A program made the translations under genes and the position numbers. Positions 45,705-57,883 of a stretch of 64,000 nt of DNA are shown here, one piece after another (the stretch's first letter is position 1; the number at the start of each line of letters is the position of its first letter). The DNA is from Dudresnaya verticillata (lineage: Eukaryota), in contig OZ374565.1 in the NCBI GenBank assembly GCA_977862235.1, positions 1,240,001 through 1,304,000 on the forward strand, written 5' to 3'. Below the pieces are notes generated by a model that saw only the letters and a list, made by a program, of their open reading frames with translations, had not been told where the DNA came from and made no database searches.

Positions 45705-48700
45705 TGTTGAGAGTTGAGAAGTTGGCTTGGTTGTTTACTTGTGTCTACCTCTATTCACTTCAATGTGCGAGGTAACTTATACTACTCGTGGGTAGCCAAA
45801 CTCTCTAAAGCTTCAATACTACAAAGGGTAACTCCTACATTTGGTTACCTCTGAATTTGGTGAAGGCCAAACTCGTGTGCATCTCGATTGAGGAAGCACT
45901 GCAGTTGTTACTGCTTTTGACACTCCCTCTCGTCCTCAAGCGTCTGTTTCGCGTAGGCCCATGCCTTGGACAAACTGGGTGTGCTTCTTCGCGTTGAGAG
46001 ACTCCGTCATGATGTCGGCAACCATCTCGTTCGTAGGCACGTACAGCAGCTTGATGGTTCCATTGCGAACATGGTCTCGAAGAAAATAATACTTGACATC
46101 GATGTGCTTGGAGCGGTCGTTGCATACATCGTTCTTCGCCAGCTCTAAGGCTCCCTGATTGTCGCCCCGAATTAGCACGTCAATGCTACTAGACGAAGTG
46201 CAGTCAAACTCGGCAAGCATCCGGCGTAGCCAGATGGCTTCTCGAACTGCGTAGGACAGGGCGATATACTCAGCCTCTACTGTAGACTGTGCTACCACAT
46301 CCTGTTTCTTACATCGCCAAGAGATAGCTCCACCAGAAAAGAGATAAACGAAGCCACTCACTGACTTGCGCTCGATGCGGTCAGCTGCGAAATCGGAGTC
46401 AGTGTAGCCCAGGAGCGTTGTTCCCTGTTTAGCGGCGCGATGATACACAATGCCTAGGTCCCTTGTCTTCTTCAGATAGCGCAACACCTGTTTGGTCGCT
46501 TTCCAGTGCATCACCAGGGGATCCTGCATAAACCGGGCAAGGAAAGAGGTGGCGAAAGCGATGTCGGGCGGGTCGTGTTGGCCAAGTGAAGTAATGCGCC
46601 GACTAGTTCGCGTTATGGCACGAACTGCATGCGCCGGTACTCCCCCTCGTCCCGAGACTGTAGTAGAGGTGGAGAATCTAAGACCATCCCCGGAGGGATC
46701 GGGACGTCTGCTGTACGGCACTGTGACATTCCAAACTTCTCGGTGAGCTGATCAATCATCAGGGCACTGTGGATCTTCAACGTGCACTGTGGATCTTCAA
46801 CGTGCTGAGCTGGAGATTTCGTTCGATGATGATTCCCAGGAACTTCGATACATCATCTTCGACTCGAATTGAGACATGTGCGGCGATGCGGTTGGCGACT
46901 GTGGTAAGATCGCGGCGAGATGGACCAGCAAGCAGCATGTCATCGACGTAGACAATCAGGTAAATCGTTATGTTGCGAATGTGGAGGATGTAGAGAGTGG
47001 AATCGGATTTTGATTTGGTAAACCCCAAAGAGGTAAGAAGCCTATCGACGACGCGATGCCAGGCCCGGGATGCTTGTTTCAAACCATACAGGCCTTGAGC
47101 AGACGATAGACCCACTTAGATCTTGAACGGTCTACAACTCCTTCTGGTTGCTCCATGTAGATGGTTTCATCGAGTTCGCCGTTCAGGAAGGCTGCCTTGA
47201 CATCCAACTGCAGAAGAGCCAACTCCTCATCAGTTGCGAGAGCCAGGATGAAGCGCAGCGTGGAGTACCTTGCAACAGGAGCGAAAGTCTCGTTGTAGTC
47301 AATGCCGTGTTTTTGCGTAAAGCCTTTCGCCACGAGACGCGCCCGACGACGAGTGAGAAGACCTGTAGCATCAAACTTGTTCATGTAGACCCACTTGTTC
47401 TTGACTGGCTGGATGCTGGATGGTCGTGCTTCGAGAGCCCAAGTTCCATTTTGGTTGAGCTCATCGATCTCGTTCTGCATGGCATCTTGCCACTCAGGTG
47501 CGTGAGGTCCCTTGACAGCCTCACTGTATGTCGTTGGCACAGTACTGTCATCATTTCCGAGGCGGACGTTTAGAGCGATGGCGGTGAGATCCGTGTAGCG
47601 CCTAGGCGGCTTCGAGATGCGACCGGAGCGCGTGGCATTGGGAAAATGGGTGACATCGTCCGGATTGTGTGCGGGAGATGGATTATCCTGCGCATCATGG
47701 AAATTGTCTTCGTCGTCGCCCGAAGAATCGTCAGAGTCGTCGTCAGAATCGGTATCATCACTGGAATCGTCATCCGTTGTCTCGGAGGCGCTGTCGTCTT
47801 CACTGCCAAGGAGAGAAGGGCAGTCATCATCATCCTCATCCACGTTGAAGGAAACGTTAGAGGGTCGTCCAGACTTGAAGGTAGCGGCACGATCAGAGCG
47901 AGACTGACCATAGCGTTGTGTTTCATCGAAAGTGACATCTCGGGGGGTGATTACTTTGTTCTCAGTCGGAATGTAGACCTTGTAGCTGTTCCCGCTATCA
48001 TAGCCGACCAGAACCCCCTTCTTTGCACGCGCAACGAACTTTCCAGAGCGCCGTGGCTTCGGGACGTGTACGTAGGAGACCGCGCCGAAAGCGCGAAAGT
48101 AAGAAATATCAGGGCGCTCTCCAACAATGACTTCGTATGGCGTCTTGTCAGGGTCGTTGCAAGCAGTCGTGAAGAGCCGGTTGCGGATGTAGTTCGCGGT
48201 GTGCATGGCTTCAGGCCCATAAACGGTCATGACAATTGAGATGGGAAACCTCCTGTAAGAGTGTACGTACCATGTCCATGAGGGTGCGGTTGAGGCGTTC
48301 GGCCTTTCCATTCGATTCCGGAGAGTACGGAGCACTGCGTTCATGGATGATACCTTTGTCGGCGAGCCATTTTTTGAAGGATCCGGAGAGGAATTCTTTA
48401 CCGTTGTCTGTGTGAAGACGGCGGACGGTAATGCGCTTGACATTGCCACGGAAGATTGTCTCCAGTTCGAGAATCATGTGCTTGATGCATTCGGCAGCCG
48501 GCTTCTTTGATTTCATGAAGCGAACGAGAGACAGCGCGCTAGCGTCATCATACAATGGGATACAGTAGCGAGACCCGTTGAGGGAAGGGTCTCTCACGGG
48601 TCCGATGATATCTGCGTGGACAAGGTCTAGGGGTTTTAAATTGTCAGAGCGCGAGGGCGGGCGGGAGTCGCGAGTGCACGTACCGGTCTGGCATGGTTCG

Positions 48701-50433
48701 CAGATAGAAATCTTGGTACAATGCTTGAGCGAGATGCCGTTGACGATGGGGATAGTCTTTTAAATGGTCCCTTTGCTCGCATGTCCAAGACGGGAATGCC
48801 AGAGGTCTTGTTCTTCTTCCTTCGTGAGTAGAGCGAGGTCTTCAGTCAGCATGTCGATTTCATAAAGCCCGTCAGACCGCTCGGTTCCTTTGAGGAAGAT
48901 TCCTGAAGTGCCAGCACGGGAAACGACACAGATTCCGTTTCCCTGGTTATCAATGTCAAAGTGGATTCTGAAACCGGCACGGCGGAGCTTGCTCACAGAG
49001 ATGAGGTTGCACATGAGATCAGGGATGAAAAGTGTGTCCTGCATACGAACGGACTGGGTCATGCCATCAAACGTCGCACGACCTCGAACTGTGCCTACAC
49101 CTTTGACTTGAGTCTGGGTTCCATCTCCGACGGAAACCGAGGTGTCTGTTCCATTTGAGCTTAGATCTTTGAAGAACGTTTCGTTGTTGCACATGTTTGA
49201 AGTGGCCCCGGAATCGAGGAACCACTTGTCCTTAAGCTTTAGCGCAGAGCCTGATCGAGAGGTGAGGCATGTAGCAATAAAGGTGATGTAGCTCGAGCCT
49301 ACGTCTTCAGAGGTGTCGTCCTTGTCGTTTCGTTTGTCACGAGATCTTCCATGTCTCCTTGAATGCGAACCACGGGTTCGACGAGTGCTATACGTGTCGT
49401 GGTTACCCCGATGGGTGGGGTTGGGGCGATACCTCGGACTCTCGGGGTTGTGGAAACATTTCGACTTGACATGCCCGTTTCGACCGCAGTGGGTACATTT
49501 CTTGGCATGTTGAGCAGAAAGGGCGGCGGAGTCTTCCGCGGAGGACATATCGGTGTCACGAGGCGGCAATGAAATCTCGTGAGTGACAAGCATGCCAATT
49601 GCAACGTGACGGTCGTGTTTCATGGCACGGATGACTTGCACAGGAACACTGTAGTCCTCGGTCAAGCCGCGAAGCAGGGCTCGCTTCTTGTCGCTTTCGG
49701 AAACAGTGTGTCCGACACCGGAAAATTTGCTCTCGAGTTCCCGAAGGCGGTTGACATACTGGACGATTTTCTCGTCGGTCCTCATCTTGAGAACCTGGTA
49801 CTGCGCGAGGTATGTGTCGACTGACGCTTCGGAGATAGCCTGGTAGGTAGTCTGTAGTTGTGTCCAGACTTCGGTCGGGTCTCGGAGGTCGATGACGGCA
49901 GCATTACAGGAATCATCAATAGTGAGGAGAATGTTGCTCAACGCCGAATCGCGCCGGCGGAGGTACTTGGCCTGCTCGATAGGGTCTTCGGGTGTGAGTT
50001 CAGATCCACTGACGATTTTCCAAAGACCTTTGCAGCGGAGAACCAGTTCGACCTTGCGGGACCAGCGGTAGTAGTTGGTAGAGTTAAGACGCTCAATGCG
50101 ATAGCGACTAGTATCCACGGTGTCTAGGGGCTCCGTCATCGTGGTACTGGCGGTCGGTAGCACAGAGGAGACAATTCAGCGTAGCACAGTAGCTTTTAGT
50201 TCTGGGCCCATAACTTGTTGAGAGTTGAGAAGTTGGCTTGGTTGTTTACTTGTGTCTACCTCTATTCACTTCAATGTGCGAGGTAACTTATACTACTCGT
50301 GGGTAGCCAAACTCTCTAAAGCTTCAATACTACAAAGGGTAACTCCTACATTTGGTTACCTCTGAATTTGGTGAAGGCCAAATTCGTGTCCATCTTGATT
50401 GAGGACGCACTGCAGTTGTTACTGCTTTTGACA
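45705..50433 (-). mobile_element. Ty1/Copia element with 218-bp LTRs, degenerate
   Basis: LTRs 45705-45922 and 50216-50433 (4 differences seen); TSD GGCGT; CTHCGRNGHVKSKC, WFLDSGAT, HTDNG, YVDD, YTDSDFA; stops, frameshifts, 20-bp duplication at ~46764-46803. Confidence 0.95.
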
Positions 50434-51634
50434 GGCGTTAACGCCGACCGTCTTCAACTTTGACGCGGGGCAATATCAGCTAACCGGCGAGGCCGAATAT
50501 GGTGGTCATCTTGGGACGTTATCGCTCAGACACGTGAACGTGTCGATTGAGCCTCGCGTTTTGCAAGAGGCTTACCTCTTAGGTGTAAGCTTGAAAGCGG
50601 ATTTTCGTTATCTGCATCGGACGGGTACGTTCTTTAGGGAGCGTCGTATCTGTTGGGAATGTGAAACGCGTCGCAGAAAGGGCGTGTTTGTACCTCATCA
50701 GGACATCCAAGTCGACCGCATTGAGCGGAGTAAGTTACACCACTGTTTTGTGAATATGCCGCCTGTGTGGCGTGAGTTTGAGATATGCGAAGGTTCTGCA
50801 GCCGAGCTCCCCGCGTGTGACACGTATCTTGGTTCCGAACTGATGACAGACCCGTATTCGAGGCATGGGTAGCGTTCTACACCGAATGGGTGGCCAACGT
50901 AACATACACTTGGTTGTGTGAGGTATATGACACCTTCCGTATGTACTACAGTATATGCCGCTGCGTGTGGTCGCCATTCTTGGTGGCCTCGACGTAGTCG
51001 AAATACACGGTGGTTCGCGGAACTGCCAGGCGTTCTGGTATTTACGCGCTGCTGCGGATGGTATTGATTGGAACGACCCAGTTGCCATGCCGTTAGCCAA
51101 CAACCAACATAAGGCGAATCGTCCGCGTTACGCGATGAGTCGTACTCATTCCGTTTGTGGCGATTGGATTTGATATAGCCCTTGGCCAAAACGTCGCACG
51201 ACGAAGAATATTGCGGAAAGCCATCGCAAGAGTGATGGCTTCACGCCGGGTAATCACCCGCGCGATTTGCGTAAGAACTGCTACTTTGTCGGTGATTTTC
51301 CTCCTCATTTTAGCGCCTTGATAGCGGGAGAGGATGCCTTCCACGCCAATGGCGGACCGGAGAACTGTATTATCTCTAAAGCACCGCCGCGTCAGCAGCC
51401 AAACGAGACCCCAAGAAGACCACAAAGACCTGTCGGATTTAACCAAAAATTGGCCAGAACGTAGAACGGACCTGCGCGTCGGTAGCAAGCGTGGTAGAGC
51501 GGGAGCGCGCAGACGAAGTCGTGACCAAATTCTGCGATGAGGACAGAAAATGGCCAAGCCGGGGGTTCAGTTGCTAACTTTACTCCCAACCTCTGGCGGG
51601 ACGGCTTCGTACCTATTCTGGCCGAGCCGTAGTC

Positions 51635-52150
51635 TGTGGCCTTCTAATTAGGCCCAAAATCGGTCACTAGAGCTAATCTAGAGCTAGTCTACAGTTAGTG
51701 GCCGAGGTTACCCACCATGGCCCAAAATATCTTCTCGCATCCTGCCTTCGGGCCAATATTAGAGCCCTACCGAGTTAAATCGAGTACTTGTCAGTTGATC
51801 AGTGGTTGTAGCAGTTAGATTTCCCTTGATTTTTTTTCGTGCTTGATTCCTTGATATGGTGGCGCGGCCAAATCCTTTTCCCGTAATCCGATCCCGTTTT
51901 GATCCTGATTCGCCGATCCAGATCACCTCTGTCGTCCAGATATGATCACTCTTCCTTGCGCTGGCCACGTGGTTGACACGTACACACGTATGGCCCACGT
52001 GTCATGCGTGTGGCTCCCTACCGGCGTCCACGCCGTCCGCGTGGCTGTACAGTAGCGACTCCGGCCAAGTGTCTTTTTGGAGTTGGCCAATTCGGTTGCG
52101 TGGCCCGGTCGACAGGCGTGTTTTCGGAGGCCCCTTGCCATTGCACCACA
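51635..52150 (-). repeat. Insert containing 5' part of another Gypsy-type LTR
   Basis: Minus strand starts TGTGGTGCAATGGCAAGGGGCC; ~51915-52150 is an inverted copy of 57570-57807; left boundary approximate, no TSD. Confidence 0.6.
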
Positions 52151-54292
52151 AGAACCCGCCTGGGACTGCTATTGCTACGCCTATGGCGGTAGAGTCTGTC
52201 GCTGGAGCTTGCTTTTCCGTCCACGACGTTACCCACGGAGGTTCCCGCGGCGGGTGCAGTGCCAACTGGCGCACCAGCTGTTGCGCACTTGGACCTTGCA
52301 GTGCCCGTTGTTGACGACAAGGGTGAAGTCATTAAGGCTGTGCCAGTGTCGGAGCTACCCTGGCCGTAATTCCAGAAGGCGGAGAATCAAGCGTCGTAGA
52401 TGACGGTTCAGAGACAGCTCCCGGTGTGCCGGTCTGGACCGAAGAACAGCTCCGTACAGTTCTCGCGTTATTGCAGGCTGCCGGAGTTGCTACTAGCGAT
52501 TTGAGCGGCTCGCCCACGGAGTGGGTGAACCAATCCTTGGTGGCTGCGTTGCCGCCCCAGGGTGGGTCCGTGCCGAAACCGACTGTTGTCGTAGGCTCTG
52601 CGTCGAACAATGGTATGGAAGGAAAGCCGCTATCGCCTAAGGCGAATGGTCCAGCGTCTAAAGACGTTATTGTCACTGCACCGCCTGCGGGGAGCGAAGC
52701 GAATGCTGCTATAACGTCTTCCACGCTCCAAAAGGAACCAGGAGCTCCTGCGTCAGTGACGGACGTAGAGCCAATATCGCTAAAGTCGAGGGGGACCCGA
52801 CGCCGACCGAGGCGGTTTCCGCGGTTACGCCAAAGACGTTTGATGGGTTGCCACTTGCGCCTGCGCTTGATGGCTCTCGGTCTGTGCCAAAGGCGAATAA
52901 TGAGTTAAACTCTGCCCTACGGCGGTTGTTGTTGCTCCATCGCCTGTGGCGGGTATTCTAGCGACTTCGCCAAAAGCGATAGATGAGTCGCCCCCTGCAC
53001 CTGCGGCGCCTGTCGCGAGCACTCAGGCAGTAGTAGGCGCGGGGACCTTGCGCTCCGTCCCTGCTTCTTCCGCGGGTTTACCGTCGAGGACGGAGGACGA
53101 CCTCTATGAAGAGGCGTTGCGCGTGTCTGCCGAGAGCGATGCTAAGGTTGTCCCAGCCAACTCGTCTGCGACGAAAGATACTTTACATCTTTTTTGAAAC
53201 GGGTAGCAGACTCGAGAGCGCGTACTGTGACGCTCTTTGACTCCTCTTCGCCGTCGATGAGCGGGGGGTACCCCCATTCGTCGTTGACGGTTAGTGTCGC
53301 TGTCGTTGTGGCTTGTTAGCTGCAGTGGTCGTTAACAAGGGCGCGGGGTTTTCCCCACTTGTTTAGCCCAGTAAACGTGACCATTGTCAGTGTCTTTCTG
53401 CGTCGCGATTCGCGTCGGCTTAAGGTGGTCCCACGTAGACTTTACGTCGTTTCCTTGATTCCCGCTAGAGTAGCGTTGGCGTGTGATGCCATCAGTCCTA
53501 GCCGCGAGTTGCGTTGTGGTGGCGTTGGTTGGTAGTGTTCCGCTGTAATAGCGTAGTTCGTTCAGGTTGCACGTGCGGTAGCAGGTGGCGAAACCTTGCT
53601 CTTTCGTTGTAAAACGATGATGATCGTCGAGAGACATCGTTTGGGGGAGACCCGTTTCCGCTGACTTAGCGTTTTGTCGTGCCTATATAGCGGTGGGTCC
53701 TAGACGTGGTTGATTGTAGATGGGGCTGGGTTTTACCCTTATCAAACCTCATGTCGTCGCCAATACAGCGTATTGTTTGTGCGGCGTCGCGGACGAAGGT
53801 CGCAACGACGATGAGATAGGTGCTTAAGCGACTCGGCGTCGCTGCTCTTTTCGTCTCTGACGTTCGCCTTCAGGGGTGAGGAATGGTCGCCGTCCCTCGA
53901 CTTTGGTCATGACGGCCACACCCAGCGGCGGAGTCATTGCGCAATTTGTTGGCGCGTCGTTCACGGAACCCACGATAACTGCTTCTTCAACCACCTTTCC
54001 CCCTTTTCGGCGGGTTCGGTGGTGTGCCCTCTCGTTGCGAGCTACGTCGGAGACGTACGGCGCGTGTTTTCTTCACAGCCGTGGCCGGTAGGGTGACGGT
54101 GCCAGGGACTTCGCCGTGGTGCGAACATGGTGCCCCGACGTCGGAGAGGGTCGTTGCGCGATTCCACTTGCGCCTGTCGTCGCTGGTGTCCGTAGCAATT
54201 GCTTATCCACTTGGAATTATTGTGTTCGTCGCGTCGTTAATTGTTGGGCAATGCGCCTCGCCGTGTTTGTGAATTAGAAGTTGTCCAATCGC

Positions 54293-54994
54293 TTTTTGTT
54301 CCCATTACCCGATTGGTAGGGTGCGTATCTCGATTTGCGATCTGGATCCAGCGACGTGCGCGTATCGCGAAACAAACCATCTGTAAACGTTACACAGGCC
54401 GCGAAATCTCCGTAGCTCCTTCTGAGCCCGTGGATGCTTGGCTTCGCGCAGCGCGGCAGTGACAGTTTGATCGACTTCCAGCCGTCCTGGACGTATGACA
54501 GGACCCAAATAGTTGACAGTCAGGGTGAAGAGGTCACACTTGGTCAACTTCAAAGTCACCCCGGCCCGATGTAAGGTCGATAGGATCTCGTCAATGTGAC
54601 GGAAATGGCTGTCGATGTCGTTTGAGAAGATGATTACGTCGTCACGGTAGACGAGGCATGAGCGCCACTTGTAACCAGCGAGGAGGATGTCAAGCGTCCG
54701 TTAAAACGTAGCGGGCGCGTTTGTGAGACCGAAACGCATACTGTTAATGTTATAGTGGAACAGTCCGACATGGCACGTAAAAGCAGTCTTATCGCGGTCT
54801 CACGGATTTATCGGCACCTGCCAGTACCCACCGTTACCGTCTAGGGTGGTGAAGACGTTTGCCTCCCCTCGACTGTCAATTCACTCGTCGATAAACGGAA
54901 ACGGGTGCGTATCCCGCACGGTTACTGCGTTCAAACGACGATATTCTACGCAAAAGCGGAGGGTCCCGTCCTTCTTGGGGGCGAAGACCACTAG
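54293..54994 (-). pseudogene. Gypsy reverse transcriptase fragment
   Basis: PKKDGTLRFCVEYRRLNAVT, GYWQVPI, FGLTNAPATF, LVYRDDVIIFS, LKLTKCDLF..YLG. Confidence 0.9.
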
Positions 54995-57390
54995 TGATGT
55001 CTACGTCGATTGTGCTAGATCAACCGATATCTGCCAAACCTAGCACTCTGCAGGTTTGCAGTAATTAGTTGAGTAGGCATTTGGGGTGTCTCCACTTGAC
55101 TCCTCCACACCTCAGTCATGCTAGGACCTCTGTGTGTCCTGTACGCAGTTGCACAGTGCACAACTAGCTCAGACCCTGATTGAGTTCAGATCACTGACGC
55201 AACGTCGCCATCGTCACTTAGGTTTACGCACCACCGCCGTCGTCCGTTAGGTTAGGGTTGCTCAACATCGCCGTTGTGACCAAGGTTTGTCCACCGTCGC
55301 CGTCATCGCTTAGGTTTGCGCATGGTCACCGACGTCAAGCCCACCTTGGGGATCCGCCAACTCCGGTACCCAAGGTCTAATTAAACCGCTTCTCCCCTCA
55401 AGCTTCGAGTAAACTCAGACAAATCCATTTGTCTCCCTCTCCGCTCAGCTCTCAACTTCTCTCCTCATCTGGTCGCTCCCACTACCTCTCCAATAGGTTA
55501 TGGGCCCAGTAACGCATATATCTACTCGTTTCACAAACGTTCACCCGGTGGCTCGTCTCTGCGTTACATACTTCGGTTTGTCTCGCGGCCGGTGTTGCCG
55601 GTGTTGAATCGCGCTTCGGTCTCTGCGTCACATACTTCGGTTTGTTTCGTGGCCCGCTTCGCAATTCGACAGTACGTTTCTTGCGACTTGCAATTTTCTT
55701 TTCTTCATTCTTTCCTCTTTCGATGAGCCTAATCCCCCTCCAGTGGGCATCTGTCGCTCTATCCGCTACCGCGGTATTCGCATATCGCGCCGCGACCCTG
55801 TCGTTCGTCACCTGACCTTCAAAGACGACCCTTCCGGCCAACTTCGTGCATCCCGCGCCATCTGCGTCCCACGTGCTGTTCGCATACCCCTAGCTATCCG
55901 CCCTCCGCCGCGCCCGAAGAACCCGCTCATAGATGACTCTGCCATTGGGTATGACAGTGAGGGTGGTAACGTCTGCTCAACTCCCACTACTCCATCATCT
56001 TCCCCTGTCAGGCCCATCATCGAGAAGGCTCGAAGGGCTCCTCGTTCACCCCCACTACCTTCCGCAGCCGCACCCGAAGTTGTGTCGCTTGTCTCCCCAA
56101 GTCCAGCGCGACCCCGCGCAAAACGACCAACTTGAAAACTGTACGGTAGGTGTCCGGTTTCAAGCAGCTCATTCGCTACCGGAACAGTAAGAAGTGTTAG
56201 AACCGAGTAGAAAGACTGTCCACAATTACGCCTTGTGGTCACTGTCAGCGTGTGTTCCCTACTCTCCACGATCGCGATAAGCACCTCAGTAAGCACAACA
56301 AATAAAACTTCCTTAGCTCTCCTGGACCATGGAAACCACCTCTGGGATCAAGATCGAAAAGCTGCGGGACGACAACTTCCACACTGGGAAGACCCAGATT
56401 CAGCTTGTTCTGTCACTGAAGGAGGTTGACGGCTACATTTCCGACGACCATCCTGAACGTTCCTCGGACGAATATGCAGAATGGCGCAAAGGCGACATCA
56501 AGGCAAAGGCTTTACTCGGACTAACTCTTTCTGACGCGCACCTGGAGCAAATTCAGCATGCATATTCCACCAAGGAAATGTGGTCTCTCATCTATGACAT
56601 TTTCGAGAAACTGTTATTCAGAAACATACCCTCCTCAACAAGCTCGCTGCCCGACGACGTTTTTACACAGCAAGAATGCATGAGAACGAGAAGTTGCTGC
56701 CCTTCGCCGCTCACATTCGCCAACTGCCCGCCACTCTCAAGTCCATGTCGGTCAGTGTTGAGGACCCCGAAATGGCCATGGCACTACTGAATGGCCTTCC
56801 GGGCCGGTTTGACAGCCTTATTCCGGGCTTTGGATGCTGCGCATACCGATAAAAAACTCTTCACATTCGAGTTTGTGAAGAGTCGGTGCTTGCAGGAAGA
56901 ACAGAGGCATGTTGATCGGAATAAGGAAGCTCTCAAGACTTCTGAGACTGCTGCCCTATTAGCCAGAAACAGTTCCAAATCGCGCAAGAGTCCCTCAGCG
57001 GAGATCTGCGTACACCGCGGGAAACATCGGGACAGCTCCCGTTGCTACCCTAAATACCCCCATCTGGCTCCCGTTGGTCACCCGAATCGTGCACGCCTGG
57101 GCAACGACACTAACAAGAACAAAGCGTCCATCTCCAACAACTGTCCTGCCCCCTGGGCGATATGGCCCATGAGTATGTCTGCCTTTGGAACTTCCCTGTC
57201 ATTAACAGTATCGCCTTGCACTCCCCCGGTATCTCTCTGCTGACCTCCCAACACTGGATTATTGACTCTGGTTGCACTTCGCAAATCACTGCTTCAGCTT
57301 CACCACCTACCACCAACTTACCACCCCTTCCACTTTGGCCCTTGGTGCGAACGCCAACACTCCCATTGTTGGTCGTGGTGATGTCCCTCA
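54995..57390 (+). mobile_element. Truncated Copia: 5' LTR (~54995-55495), PBS, leader, degenerate gag-protease (56329-~57390)
   Basis: GGTTATGGGCCCAG at 55496; IKIEKLRDDNFH gag start; WIIDSGCTS protease. Confidence 0.8.
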
Positions 57391-57394
57391 AATC

Positions 57395-57545
57395 CGACGA
57401 CGAGGCCCTAGAGCGGGTATGCGCACGAGAATATCTCTACAGTCATCCAGAAGCGTGCCATGGCATCAACGTCAGCCGCGCGGAAGGCGTCGTAGAAGGC
57501 AACGTTGGCCGCGAAGACGGCGGCGTCCTCGTCGCCCGTCATGCT
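57395..57545 (-). pseudogene. SnoaL/NTF2-like domain gene fragment
   Basis: AVFAANVAFYDAFRAADVDAMARFW..SCAYP matches the N-terminal SnoaL-like pattern AN.AFY.AF...D...M...W....C.HP. Confidence 0.6.
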
Positions 57546-57569
57546 GAAGCTGTGCGTCAACGGCAATCG

Positions 57570-57813
57570 TGTGGTGCAACGGCAAGGGGCCTCCGGAAAC
57601 ACGCCTGTCGACCGGGCCACGCAACCGAATTCGCCAACTCCAAAAAGACACTTGGCCGAAGTCGCTACTGTACAGCCACGCGGACGGCGGTGGACGCCGG
57701 CAGCGAGCCACACGCATGACATGTGGGCCATACGTGTGTACGTGTCAACCACGTGGCCAGCGTAAGGAAGAGTGATCATATCTGGACGACAGAGGTGATC
57801 TGGATCCGCCAAT
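57570..57813 (+). repeat. 5' fragment of Gypsy-type LTR (same family as 51915-52150)
   Basis: Begins TGTGGTGCAACGGCAAGGGGCC; cut by Copia LTR starts. Confidence 0.7.
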
Positions 57814-57883
57814 TGTTGAGGACATGGTCGCTGGTGTTGAGGACATGGTCGCTGGCACCTCACGTCACGGGTCAGGTACCCCA

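Larger units (their letters stand above)
45353..53197 (+). pseudogene. Antisense accessory ORF of family B, interrupted (45353-45704, 50439-~51630, 52151-53197)
   Basis: Removing the Copia and one TSD rejoins RYPGSA|LTPTVFNFD in frame with ORF 50534-50872; later frameshifts; A/P/S-rich tail. Confidence 0.7.
44001..54994 (-). mobile_element. Gypsy family B remnant B2 (RT fragment, antisense ORF, 3' LTR 44001-44895) with nested insertions
   Basis: LTR homologous to 40581-41463; RT on minus strand at 54293-54994; extra ORF on plus strand. Confidence 0.8.

Noticed and set aside
46565..46770. Possible foreign insert in Copia RT
   Set aside because: Translates as normal RT (RELVGALLHLANTTRPDI) in a shifted frame
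47079..48449. 456-aa ORF with novel N-terminus
   Set aside because: Frameshifted Copia IN-RT; first ~75 aa are out-of-frame integrase
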